Translations under genes and position numbers: made by a program | DNA from: a virus | Taxonomy: Duplodnaviria > Caudoviricetes | Direction: 5' to 3' (one strand) | IMG/VR virus record: IMGVR_UViG_3300025674_000058 | Location: 1 to 52,846 of that record | DNA length: 52,846 nucleotides | Shown: in pieces, positions 8,777 through 17,957 of the stretch | How positions within the stretch are numbered: position 1 is the first letter of the stretch | How the letters are laid out: every line of letters begins with the position of its first letter | The notes under the pieces: model-generated | Database searches by the model: none | Seen by the model: the letters and a program-made list of their open reading frames with translations, nothing else | Told to the model about the DNA's origin: nothing

Positions 8777-8889
8777 TAGAACTTATTCATTTTGTGGCGG
8801 AGGAGCTAGGGCATCCCATAATCCAAGAGGACGCAGAAAGCATTTTGGATGACTTTTTGAGTGGAGATAATCGGGAATTATCCGATTAA
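8773..8889 (+). CDS. small hypothetical protein (38 aa)
   Basis: ATGA overlap with groES stop; MIELIHFVAEELGHPIIQEDAESILDDFLSGDNRELSD. Confidence 0.5.
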   Translation: MIELIHFVAEELGHPIIQEDAESILDDFLSGDNRELSD

Positions 8890-8909
8890 CAATGTAGATA
8901 ATAACAGAA

Positions 8910-9617
8910 GTGAACAACCAAGAAACATACTCTTTTAGTAGATTAAGTACCATAGAAACTTGTCCTAAAAGTTTTGAATACAAGTATGTTTTAGGAGAGT
9001 CAGAAGAGGGTAATTGGTTTTCTGATTTGGGTAGTTTTGGGCATTTGCTTTTGGAGCTTTACGACAGGGGTAAAATAAAAAACTTAGGTTCTGTTTACCG
9101 AAAGTATTTAAGAAAAAGGGTTCAGTTACCCACGTTTACTTGGGCGCACAAATGGGAACAACAGTGCCAAGACTTTTTCGACACCTTCGATGGTTGGTCA
9201 ACCGATGCCGTTTGGATAGAGAAGTACCTAAACTTTCCAATAGACGACTTCAACCTTCAAGGGTTCGTGGATAGGGCGAGTTACACCAAGAGGGGCTTTA
9301 CAATAGTTGATTACAAGGTGGCTAACATTTTTAAGGGCGAAAAGCTCCGCCAAAAGGCACGACAACTTTACCTTTACGCTTACGGAACAAAACAAGAAAT
9401 TGGAGAGTACCCAAGAGATTTAATCTTTTATCATTTCCGCCAAAAGACCCCCGTAATAATACCTTTTAAAGAAAAAGATATGATAGAGGCAGTTGATTGG
9501 GCAAAGAGAATGGTGGAGAAGATAAGAACCGAAAAAGAGTACAAACATAATTTTGATAAGTTTTTTTGCGAAAATATTTGTAGTTTCAGAAAAATTTGTA
9601 CCTTTGGTGAACTATGA
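8910..9617 (+). CDS. PD-(D/E)XK exonuclease (AddB/Cas4-like)
   Basis: YSFSRLS..CP, GFVDR, IVDYK, QLYLYA, C-terminal FCENICSFRKIC. Confidence 0.88.
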   Translation: MNNQETYSFSRLSTIETCPKSFEYKYVLGESEEGNWFSDLGSFGHLLLELYDRGKIKNLGSVYRKYLRKRVQLPTFTWAHKWEQQCQDFFDTFDGWSTDAVWIEKYLNFPIDDFNLQGFVDRASYTKRGFTIVDYKVANIFKGEKLRQKARQLYLYAYGTKQEIGEYPRDLIFYHFRQKTPVIIPFKEKDMIEAVDWAKRMVEKIRTEKEYKHNFDKFFCENICSFRKICTFGEL

Positions 9618-9763
9618 TAAAAGATTTAATAGAAGAACTAATTGAACAAAAGGCAAACCCGTATCAAGCACTCGTTGTTTTATCGGTTATGCAAAATGAC
9701 ATTAGCGCGGCAAAAAACTTTTTGGAGTGTTACGAAGAATACTTAAATGACTTACCTCGATGA
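9614..9763 (+). CDS. small hypothetical protein (49 aa)
   Basis: ATGA overlaps at both ends; promoter box TACCTTTG 9599-9606. Confidence 0.55.
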   Translation: MIKDLIEELIEQKANPYQALVVLSVMQNDISAAKNFLECYEEYLNDLPR

Positions 9764-9972
9764 AAAATATAATCGCCCACATGAAGGCTGATAAATCTTT
9801 TTTTGTATTCGTTTTGTGTGTATTCATAGTGATTCCTCTTCTGCTTGTTTGGTTAGAACAATCGCAGGAGGGGGATGACTATATCCCACAATTATTAACC
9901 ACAGGGTTGTTTGTCATATTGGCAATAGCAGCAATAATAAACCACATAAAATGGCTTTTTCGTCGGCGCTAA
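9760..9972 (+). CDS. small two-TM membrane protein
   Basis: two hydrophobic stretches, basic C-terminus. Confidence 0.7.
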   Translation: MKNIIAHMKADKSFFVFVLCVFIVIPLLLVWLEQSQEGDDYIPQLLTTGLFVILAIAAIINHIKWLFRRR

Positions 9973-10361
9973 TATTGTTTTTAATAGCGGGTGCTATGAA
10001 CGGGTTAATGGATGTGTTAGCCCATCATTGGTACGGCTCTGTGTTTTTTAACATGAAAGGTTTTTGGTACAGGTTTTTTCACGAAGATAGTTGGAGAAAC
10101 AAGTACGTAAACGGTTGGGATTTTGCGGCGAACAAGTACGTAAGAAACAATACACCAATAGCTTTCACGGACGGTTGGCACTTGGCTAAAAGCGTTATGC
10201 TTTGGTGCTTGAGTTTGGGTGCTGGGCTTAGTTTAATTTCGGGCTTTCCTTTTAACGACATTTGGACTCTTATTATTTGCGTCGTATTGTTTAGGGCATC
10301 TTTCGGCGCAGGGTTCGCGATTGTATATTACACTTTAAAAAATGGTAGGGGACAGTTTTAA
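9951..10361 (+). CDS. membrane protein
   Basis: hydrophobic helices; SWRNKY..TDGWHLAK motif. Confidence 0.75.
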   Translation: MAFSSALILFLIAGAMNGLMDVLAHHWYGSVFFNMKGFWYRFFHEDSWRNKYVNGWDFAANKYVRNNTPIAFTDGWHLAKSVMLWCLSLGAGLSLISGFPFNDIWTLIICVVLFRASFGAGFAIVYYTLKNGRGQF

Positions 10362-10560
10362 AATATGTTGGGGTGGAGAAACCTATGATGTGGTAGTTTG
10401 GTACACAAGAACCGAAGAAAGGGGTGATTATTGGAATCCTAGCTTTAGTAGCATAGACTTGGAAATTGAAAGCATAAACGACGACACCGACCACCCACTA
10501 AAAAACGAGGGCGACTTCATAACTTTAGTTGAGGAAGAAATTGATTGGAGAGGACATTGA
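10342..10560 (+). CDS. acidic hypothetical protein
   Basis: 72 aa ORF overlapping the previous gene. Confidence 0.65.
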   Translation: MVGDSFKICWGGETYDVVVWYTRTEERGDYWNPSFSSIDLEIESINDDTDHPLKNEGDFITLVEEEIDWRGH

Positions 10561-10759
10561 GAGCGCAAAAGGCTTGGAACGCGGTTGCAAACGCACAAGT
10601 AAGAGTCCATTAGATTGTTCGGAACATAACGACTGCGCTCTTTTAGAGTCTAACATTTATCGGATATGTGTAAAGAAAGCAGACAATAACGGAGTGCTTC
10701 TTAACCAAAACAACACTTAGCTATTTCTTTGTTTATCTTTGCACTAAATTAGTGCTTAA

Positions 10760-13123
10760 ATGTCAGACAGGCTATTAGGTTTTCCTTCTCCCTTTAAAAC
10801 CGCAAAAGAAAAAAAATCACCCAAGTACGGGTTAGAGTACGCTAAGGCTATTTGGAGTCGCGCACAACACGGGCGGTTCGACGCTTTCTATTCCCGCCAA
10901 AAGCGAATAATTGAAAACCGAGAGTGGGCTAGGGGTACACAATCAATAGACCACTTAAAAGACCTAGTTTCCACAGGGGGCGACCTATCGTACCTTTCTA
11001 TGAATTGGAACGTAGCAAACCCAATCCCCAACTTAGTAAACACCTTTGTAAACAAAACCGTAGAAAGAGATTACGATGTGGTTGTGTCAGCCCTTGACAA
11101 AACAAGCAAGGGAGAGCTTGACAAAATTCGATTAGAAACCTACAATAAGGTTTTTATGAAAAAGAACAAGGCTCGATTGGAAGAGTTGGGTTTAAAGATT
11201 TCCGATTTGGAAGCCGTTGAGTCAGCGCCTGATAGTTTCGCGGATGCTGATTTTGATTTAGAGCTAAACGCCAAAACCGAGCTAGAAGAGTTTCTTGAAA
11301 CGGGTATAAACTTCGTATTTAACAACAACGGAATAGAAGAAATAAAGGAAACGGTTGCGAGGGATATTTTTGAAAACGGTTACGGCTTTGTTCGCACTGG
11401 ATTCGACCACAACCGAGACCCTTACATTCGGGCGGTTGACATAAAAAACTTCGGGTTCTCATATTGTAAGAAAAGAGATTTCAGCGATTGGGCTTATTTT
11501 TACGAAATTCTTGAAATGCCCCTTAGCCAACTTAGAATGCGTTTGGGGGATAAAGCGTTCACAGAGGATGAATGGTTCAACATCGCTAAGTCAAGCGCGG
11601 GTCAGTACGGAAACCAATCGTGGACTTACGGTTCTTATTACGGAGAAAGAAATTATGATTTTAGCGACTACGCTGATTTTAATATTTTGGCGATGGATTT
11701 TGTCTTTAAGACTGTCGACCAAAAAAGGTTCATAAAGAAGCAAACAAAGAAAGGTAACGGATATTACTACGAGGAAAGGGATTTAAAACAAGACCTTAAA
11801 AAGGAGCGCGGAATTGAGCGCATAGATGATAAGAACATCGAAGTAATGTACGAAGGGCTTTGGATTGTCGGCACGCAGCACATTAGAGATTACAAGCTTT
11901 GCGAAAATATGCTTCGCCCGCGAGAGGACGGTATTTACTCAACAAGGGTAGTTAGCCCGTTTGTTGGTTTTGCCACAGACCTTTTAGATATGGAAACTAA
12001 GTCTAAGGTGGAGCAAATGACTCCAATAGCGGAACAAATGATGTTGCTTGACCTAAAGACCCAACAGATTATCGCGCAATCAAGACCGTCGGGTTTGGCG
12101 ATAGACGCTTACTCAATAGCTTCGGTTCAAGATGCTTTAGGAATAGATTACGACACAGAAGAGGCTATCGCGATGTACGACCAAAAGGGGTCTGTGTTCT
12201 ATTCGTCTAAAGGAGAGGACGGCTCGCACCAAAACAACCGCCCAATAACCGAGTTAGCAAACGGCATACCAAACAACATTATAACGGTAATAGAATTGTA
12301 CAACGCTGCTTTAGCAAAGCTTTATCAAGTGTCAGGGTTTAACCCAAGCGTTGATGGGACTAGCTCTGACAAGGATGCTTTGGTGGGTGTTGAAAGGATG
12401 CGAGAGGCTGCTCACAACAACGCGGTGCGCCACCTAACAAGTGCTTACGCGAAAATCATAAGTTCTGCCGCTAGAAACTGCGGGTTGTTGGTTCAAGATG
12501 CTTTAGAGTTCTACGGTAAGCAAAAGGGTTGGGATTTTGCTATTGGAAACCTTCGGGTGGAGGGCTTGAAAGATTCGGCTAAGTACAACTACGCTGAAAT
12601 GGGAATTACCATAAGGTTTAGACCCACCCACCAAGAGATGCAAGACTTCATTGATTCGTTGGCTATATCTTTACAAAACCAACAGATAGATGTAACAATA
12701 ATGACTCGCGCCAAAAGGATTGCAAGCACAAGTATAAAGGCTGCTGAAAGATACCTAGAGGGTGCGAGCAAGAAGTTCCAAGAGGCTAAGTTTAAAGAAA
12801 GCTTACAACTTCAAGAAGCCAACGGGAAGGTTCAAATGGAGTCTAACGTGGTATCTGAGCAACAAAAAAGAGAAACCTTACAGCTCGAATACGACCTTAA
12901 ACTACGCAACGAGATTGAGGTTTATAGGTTGGGTAGAATACCTCAAGAGGAGGTTCGCGGAGATAAGGATATTGAGCGAGCTATTGTAGAGGGAGACATT
13001 AAGAAAGAACTTGTGGAGTTGGCAACAGACCAAACCCCACAAAGCTCCGATTTAAGACAAACATCTATTCCAAAAGGTTCGGGTGTAAGAGAGCCGAAGG
13101 TGTTTCCTCAACAAGCGACGTAA
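10760..13123 (+). CDS. portal protein
   Basis: 787 aa; YGLEYAKAIW, DLSYLSMNW..PIPNLVN, VMYEGLWIVGT motifs of Bacteroidota/crAss-like portals; upstream of scaffold and capsid. Confidence 0.88.
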   Translation: MSDRLLGFPSPFKTAKEKKSPKYGLEYAKAIWSRAQHGRFDAFYSRQKRIIENREWARGTQSIDHLKDLVSTGGDLSYLSMNWNVANPIPNLVNTFVNKTVERDYDVVVSALDKTSKGELDKIRLETYNKVFMKKNKARLEELGLKISDLEAVESAPDSFADADFDLELNAKTELEEFLETGINFVFNNNGIEEIKETVARDIFENGYGFVRTGFDHNRDPYIRAVDIKNFGFSYCKKRDFSDWAYFYEILEMPLSQLRMRLGDKAFTEDEWFNIAKSSAGQYGNQSWTYGSYYGERNYDFSDYADFNILAMDFVFKTVDQKRFIKKQTKKGNGYYYEERDLKQDLKKERGIERIDDKNIEVMYEGLWIVGTQHIRDYKLCENMLRPREDGIYSTRVVSPFVGFATDLLDMETKSKVEQMTPIAEQMMLLDLKTQQIIAQSRPSGLAIDAYSIASVQDALGIDYDTEEAIAMYDQKGSVFYSSKGEDGSHQNNRPITELANGIPNNIITVIELYNAALAKLYQVSGFNPSVDGTSSDKDALVGVERMREAAHNNAVRHLTSAYAKIISSAARNCGLLVQDALEFYGKQKGWDFAIGNLRVEGLKDSAKYNYAEMGITIRFRPTHQEMQDFIDSLAISLQNQQIDVTIMTRAKRIASTSIKAAERYLEGASKKFQEAKFKESLQLQEANGKVQMESNVVSEQQKRETLQLEYDLKLRNEIEVYRLGRIPQEEVRGDKDIERAIVEGDIKKELVELATDQTPQSSDLRQTSIPKGSGVREPKVFPQQAT

Positions 13124-13389
13124 ATCTCTTTACATCGGTTAAGAAACTGAAACACGCCTAAGTTAAAAACAAAGGCTATCTTCTCTAAAGAAAGAAGTGG
13201 TGGTGTGTGGTTTCCTTTTTCTATTTTAAGAATTAAGCTTCGACCAACCCCCGCTAATTGCGCGAGTTCGTTTTGCGACAACCCCGCTTGCTCTCTTAGT
13301 TTTAGCACGCCATAGGCGATACATTTATTTGTTTGCTTATTATAAGCCTCAAACCTTTTGCTTTCCAAAATTACATTAGATACTTCCAT
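13108..13389 (-). CDS. XRE/Cro-type HTH transcription regulator
   Basis: LREQAGLSQNELAQLAGVGRSLILKIEKG..P.L..LEKIA; own promoter box 13397-13404. Confidence 0.85.
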   Translation of the reverse strand: MEVSNVILESKRFEAYNKQTNKCIAYGVLKLREQAGLSQNELAQLAGVGRSLILKIEKGNHTPPLLSLEKIAFVFNLGVFQFLNRCKEIYVAC

Positions 13390-13479
13390 ACGGCTGCAAA
13401 GATACAAAAATGTTTTTAAAAGCAAACAAGAGGCAGTTTTTTTTCGGGGTATTTTTGCAATAATTAAAAATTAGTTGAT

Positions 13480-14610
13480 ATGAACGAAGCTTTATCTAAG
13501 GCAGTAAACGAGAGTTTGGGGTTTTCAAAACCCAAAGAAGAAGAAACTAAAGCGGTAACGGAAGAAGCCGTAAGTCAGGAGCAAGCCCCTCAAACTGAGC
13601 AAACTCCTGAAACTAAAGAAGCTCAACAAGAGTCGGTTCAAACCGACGAAAGTTCTTTGAATAGCAAACCTAATTCGTCAACCGAAACGGGATATGATTG
13701 GAAGGCGGAAGCCGAAAAAAACGGTTATATTCCTAAAGACTCGTATGTTCCCGAAGACCCTTTCATTGCTAAAATGATTGAGTTCAGAAAGAACAACGTA
13801 AACATCGAAGACCCTAAATTTTGGGCGACGGTGCAAAAAGATTACACTGCGTACGATTTAAATGACGCGGAGCAAGCTTTGAACATTGTTAAAGAGGGTT
13901 TACGTTTAAGCGAGCCTGACATCACTGATAAGGAAATCAACGCGGAGTTAAGCGAATTTAAAGTCCTTGGGGAGAGACCTCCTTTAAGGGAAGACTTTGA
14001 AGACAGCGAAGACCCTGAGCGTGCTTACAACAAAGCCATGAAGTCTTACAATGACCGAATGGAAGTTGCGGAAGGTAAATTAATAAGACAAGCGAGAGAG
14101 CATCAGAAGAATCTTTTGGAGCATCAGAAGTCTTTGCAATTACCGTCTGTACAAAGTAAGGAGCAAGAGCAACTTTTAGCCCAACAGCAAGAGCAAGCAC
14201 AGCGAGCTTTTGAATCGGCTACGAGTAAGTTTCTTGAAGATTTCTCAAAGGTGAGTGTAAAGATTGGTGATTGGGATTTTGAACTTGAAGTTCCTAACGA
14301 GGAAAAGACTGTTATTAAGGAAGGCATCCTTAAAAGCGACCAATTCTTTAACCGTTACATTACAGGAGACAAAGACAATCCCATTGACTACTCAAGCCTA
14401 TCAGAAGACATCTCTTGGGCGAACAAAGAAATACGCAATCGTCGTTTAGAGGCGATTATTAACCAAGCTAAGTCAGTAGGTGGCGAGGAGAAAATTGTTG
14501 GGCTTAAAAACCAAAAAGCCCCGACTATTGAGAATCCGCAAGCTAAAAAAGCATCTAGTTTACTAGACCAAATTGGCGAGCAGTTAATCAGTAAGGGGGT
14601 TAAATTTTAA
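13480..14610 (+). CDS. capsid scaffolding protein
   Basis: acidic, coiled-coil, low-complexity N-terminus, between portal and capsid. Confidence 0.7.
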   Translation: MNEALSKAVNESLGFSKPKEEETKAVTEEAVSQEQAPQTEQTPETKEAQQESVQTDESSLNSKPNSSTETGYDWKAEAEKNGYIPKDSYVPEDPFIAKMIEFRKNNVNIEDPKFWATVQKDYTAYDLNDAEQALNIVKEGLRLSEPDITDKEINAELSEFKVLGERPPLREDFEDSEDPERAYNKAMKSYNDRMEVAEGKLIRQAREHQKNLLEHQKSLQLPSVQSKEQEQLLAQQQEQAQRAFESATSKFLEDFSKVSVKIGDWDFELEVPNEEKTVIKEGILKSDQFFNRYITGDKDNPIDYSSLSEDISWANKEIRNRRLEAIINQAKSVGGEEKIVGLKNQKAPTIENPQAKKASSLLDQIGEQLISKGVKF

Positions 14611-14627
14611 CCTTTTAACAAACAAAA

Positions 14628-16067
14628 ATGGGATATAACGTAACGCCGAGTGCGACAACTTCGGCAACAAACAGAAATTACATCAACTCACAAGTGTTAA
14701 GCACTGCTTATAGCTCTGTGACTATTGAGAAACCAAACGTGTACGACGAACTTGTTCGCGGCTTTGGTTCGGGCAACATCTCTACCTTCTTAAAAATGAT
14801 GGACAGAGAGGCTTTGACCGACAACCCTGTATTCATTCACGGAGAGAAAGATTGGATTCGTGACGTAATTAAGGTTACTGCGAGTTCAGGACACGGAGCG
14901 GGTGCTGCGGTTACTTTGACAGTAGCTACTGCTTACCGCGATTCAGTTTCTAACTCTGCTGCTCCTGAGTATTTAGCTTCGGGAACTACTACTAACATTA
15001 TGCCTATTGCGCAAGATGTTATCCAAGTTCCTAACGGCTCAGGTGGATTTGTTGAGTGCTTGGTTACTGCTGTTAGCGGAAACGACTTCACTATTTACCC
15101 TGTGGTAACTGGCGAAACTGTTCCCAATGTAACAACTTCAACTGAGATTATCAGAACTGGTACTGCTGTTAAAGAAGGTTCTTCTGCGACAAGCTCACGT
15201 TCAACTCAAATCTCAAACTACACCAACAACGTACAGAGAATGCGCGATTACCATGAGGTAACGGGTACTGCTCTTAGCTCTATCACTTGGTTGAATAACT
15301 TGGGTGAAGACGGAAACGGTTCTGCTTGGTATTTGGAGGGTATTCGCGATGTTTACATCAACCACCAAAACGACTGCGAGTTCCAAATGTTGACTTCTCA
15401 GAAGATTACAAACGCTACTTTGACAGCCGTCAGTGGTCAAGGTACGACAATCAAAACTGAGGGTTACATTCCTTTCGTAGAGTCTAACGGTCAGCGCGAG
15501 CAATACACAGAGGGTTCTTGGTCTTTAACAGACTTGGAAAACATGGTAAAGAAACTTTACAAGTATAAAGGTTCTACCGAAAACGCCCTTTGGGTTGGAC
15601 ACAATTTGTCTATCGAAATCGACAACGTAATGCGTAACTCAGAAGGCTTGAAAGCTGGGGGTATTCAATACGCTGGTGTAGGTGGAGAAGAGCGTTCTGT
15701 TAAGTTCGGGTTCAACTCGTTCACTTACGGAGACATCAGCTTCCACAAGAAAACCCTTGAGGCTTTCACTTCACCTGTTGTTTTTGGCGCAGACGGCTTC
15801 AAATACGCAAACATGGGATTGGTTATTCCAATGGACAACACGATTGTAGCAAAAGACGGGACAAACTCCGCAAGCACAACCGTACCAAGTTTACGTATGG
15901 AGTGTCTTAACCGACCTGACATGACTAACGGCTACCGCGAATGGGTAACTGGTGGTGCAGGTTTGGATGACCCAACAGACGGAGATGACGTTATGAAAGT
16001 TCACTTGTTGTCTGAAAAAGGGCTTCACGCCTTTGCAGGACACCGACACGGACAGTTCTACGTTTAA
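14628..16067 (+). CDS. major capsid protein
   Basis: 479 aa, biased codon usage, position after scaffold, strong terminator after it. Confidence 0.85.
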   Translation: MGYNVTPSATTSATNRNYINSQVLSTAYSSVTIEKPNVYDELVRGFGSGNISTFLKMMDREALTDNPVFIHGEKDWIRDVIKVTASSGHGAGAAVTLTVATAYRDSVSNSAAPEYLASGTTTNIMPIAQDVIQVPNGSGGFVECLVTAVSGNDFTIYPVVTGETVPNVTTSTEIIRTGTAVKEGSSATSSRSTQISNYTNNVQRMRDYHEVTGTALSSITWLNNLGEDGNGSAWYLEGIRDVYINHQNDCEFQMLTSQKITNATLTAVSGQGTTIKTEGYIPFVESNGQREQYTEGSWSLTDLENMVKKLYKYKGSTENALWVGHNLSIEIDNVMRNSEGLKAGGIQYAGVGGEERSVKFGFNSFTYGDISFHKKTLEAFTSPVVFGADGFKYANMGLVIPMDNTIVAKDGTNSASTTVPSLRMECLNRPDMTNGYREWVTGGAGLDDPTDGDDVMKVHLLSEKGLHAFAGHRHGQFYV

Positions 16068-16087
16068 TCTTTTTAAACACAAGAAAG

Positions 16088-16118
16088 AAGCCTCGGAAAT
16101 TTTTTCGGGGCTTTTTTT
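16088..16118 (+). terminator. rho-independent terminator
   Basis: AAGCCTCGGAAA-ttt-TTTCGGGGCTT followed by a T run. Confidence 0.85.
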
Positions 16119-16289
16119 GTGCCTTAAAGTTTTTTGTTGTAAGTTTGCATTAAAGGTAAACTATTGGTTTGTGAATAAGGATTTGTTTGTAAGGGGCTAT
16201 CGTATTTTAAGGCACGCAGCGCAGTTTGTGTTTACATTTGATGTAAGACACCGATACGAGATAGACCATTACCGATACACGAAACGGTT

Positions 16290-16339
16290 TTCTAACGTAT
16301 CACGGCTATGTGAACTAAAAGTATAGAATAACGGAGGTA
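16290..16339 (-). mobile_element. attI-like site B (no complete cassette)
   Basis: TAACgtatcacgGCTATGTGAACTAAAAGTATAGAATAACGGAGGTA; nearly identical to site A but 8 nt spacer. Confidence 0.65.
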
Positions 16340-16386
16340 TCATACCTAGAACATCACTATTGGGTTTTTATTCGTAATTTTGTAGT

Positions 16387-16587
16387 GTGTTAATAAAGCT
16401 ATACGACCCCAAGACAAACACGGTTTCATCTCACGAGGTTGACCAACTTGTGGCTAACATTATTATCACAAATCAAAACCTTGTTTTAGACTTAGAGGAC
16501 GAGGTTGAGTATTTACGAACACTTATACAAACCCCAATTTATGAACGAGAAGAATCAGGAGGAGTCAAATTTAGATGCGTTAATTGA
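16387..16587 (+). CDS. hypothetical protein
   Basis: 66 aa; promoter box TAATTTTG 16375-16382. Confidence 0.55.
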   Translation: MLIKLYDPKTNTVSSHEVDQLVANIIITNQNLVLDLEDEVEYLRTLIQTPIYEREESGGVKFRCVN

Positions 16588-16672
16588 GCGCATGGCAAAG
16601 TTGCAAGAAGAAAACAATGTAAAGGCTTGCGATTTGGACGCGCCTGAATCTTGCGAAACTTGCTCGGGATGA
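16541..16672 (+). CDS. small acidic peptide ending in C-x6-CxxC (43 aa)
   Basis: MNEKNQEESNLDALIERMAKLQEENNVKACDLDAPESCETCSG; ATGA overlap with the next gene. Confidence 0.6.
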   Translation: MNEKNQEESNLDALIERMAKLQEENNVKACDLDAPESCETCSG

Positions 16673-16857
16673 AAGGTTGCAAACCAAGAAAAGGAAAAGC
16701 CTCTTGTAAGGTCGTTGACGGAAAGAAAGTATCTTACGGACAAAAGGGAGTTCGAGTAGGGAAGGTGGGTTCAAAGCGACAAAAGGCTTTTTGCAAAAGG
16801 CACGCTAAGAATAATGGTACAGCAGGAAAATTAGCAAAAAGAAGGTGGAAGTGTTGA
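16669..16857 (+). CDS. small basic protein
   Basis: KKVSYGQKG..RQKAFCKRH..RRWKC motif, K/R-rich. Confidence 0.7.
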   Translation: MKGCKPRKGKASCKVVDGKKVSYGQKGVRVGKVGSKRQKAFCKRHAKNNGTAGKLAKRRWKC

Positions 16858-16861
16858 TATT

Positions 16862-17158
16862 ATGAAATCACGTTCAGCAAGATACTACAAAACAGGCTCA
16901 ACAGTAAAGGGTAAAAGTAACCCTAAGGCAGCAAAAGCGGCTCGCGCAAAAAAAGCGGCAACTGACAAAAAGATAAACGCCCGCCCTGAGCAAAAAGCAA
17001 AGCGAAGGGAGTTAGCAAGGGAGCGAAGAAAGCGCGGAATAATGGGTAAGGGTGGAAAAGACCTATCTCACACTAAAAACGGACTGCGCTTAAAGTCGGT
17101 AAAGGCTAATCGAGGAAGTCGCTCAGATAGTTCGGGCGATAAAAGGGCTAGGGGCTAA
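16862..17158 (+). CDS. highly basic protein with degenerate HNH-like motif
   Basis: GKDLSHTKNG...ANRG; very K/R-rich. Confidence 0.65.
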   Translation: MKSRSARYYKTGSTVKGKSNPKAAKAARAKKAATDKKINARPEQKAKRRELARERRKRGIMGKGGKDLSHTKNGLRLKSVKANRGSRSDSSGDKRARG

Positions 17159-17535
17159 CCGTTCCAAAGCCTTCTTTTGATATTCTTTTTGTGCTTTGTC
17201 AAGAACAACTTAATCTCTTGTGGGTTTAGTTCCTCTATTTTATTTTTCGATTGTATCTTATCTAGCGCGTCAAAGCAATCCCCAACGGGTTTATCGCAAA
17301 GTTCGGCTATTTGTTGGAGTTGACTTAACAAAAGCCTGTCCATACCCCCACGCTCGAATATAAGGTTCATTTGCGACCTTGTGAGTTTTAGGGTTCGGTA
17401 GAACTGCTCGTGTGTTACGCCGTTTTCTAAAAACCAAACCTCAATATCGTTTAATGTTCTTCGGCAAAGTTTAGAGCCTCTGTAATAGTTTACCTTACCT
17501 ATTCCTTTATCTATGTAATAATATTTTGCTGCCAT
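17155..17535 (-). CDS. hypothetical HTH-like protein
   Basis: own promoter box 17541-17548; helical pattern VTHEQFYRTLKLTRSQMN. Confidence 0.6.
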   Translation of the reverse strand: MAAKYYYIDKGIGKVNYYRGSKLCRRTLNDIEVWFLENGVTHEQFYRTLKLTRSQMNLIFERGGMDRLLLSQLQQIAELCDKPVGDCFDALDKIQSKNKIEELNPQEIKLFLTKHKKNIKRRLWNG

Positions 17536-17590
17536 AGTTGCAAATATAACAAAAAAATACATATCTTTGTCGGGGAAAGTAAAAAAATAA

Positions 17591-17899
17591 ATGACAAAAG
17601 AGCTTTTTATAGAAAGTATTGAAAAATTAGAGGCTCAATTTCGCCACGACCAAAAGTGTTCGGAAGCGTTCTCTTTTATTTTGAAGAACGACTACGTTTC
17701 GGGGTACGATAACGGTATTTTGATAGGGCAAATATTGAAGGTGATTAAAGATGCCGTGAACGATAAGGACGATTGGATTGACTACTATGTTTACGAGCTT
17801 GACTTTGGGAAGGAGTATAGGGATGGGTGCGTTACTTTTGATGGCAAGAATGCAAGGTTGAAAACTACCAACGACCTATGGAACATAATAGCTACATAA
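17591..17899 (+). CDS. hypothetical protein
   Basis: DWIDYYVYELDFG motif; promoter box 17562-17569. Confidence 0.75.
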   Translation: MTKELFIESIEKLEAQFRHDQKCSEAFSFILKNDYVSGYDNGILIGQILKVIKDAVNDKDDWIDYYVYELDFGKEYRDGCVTFDGKNARLKTTNDLWNIIAT

Positions 17900-17957
17900 A
17901 GAAACAATATTGAAGTTTTAAAAGTCGTATATTTGCACATACGATTAAACCTCAATC

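Noticed and set aside
8910-9617. Cas4 of a CRISPR system
   Set aside because: Stand-alone PD-(D/E)XK nuclease common in phages; no cas genes or array nearby.
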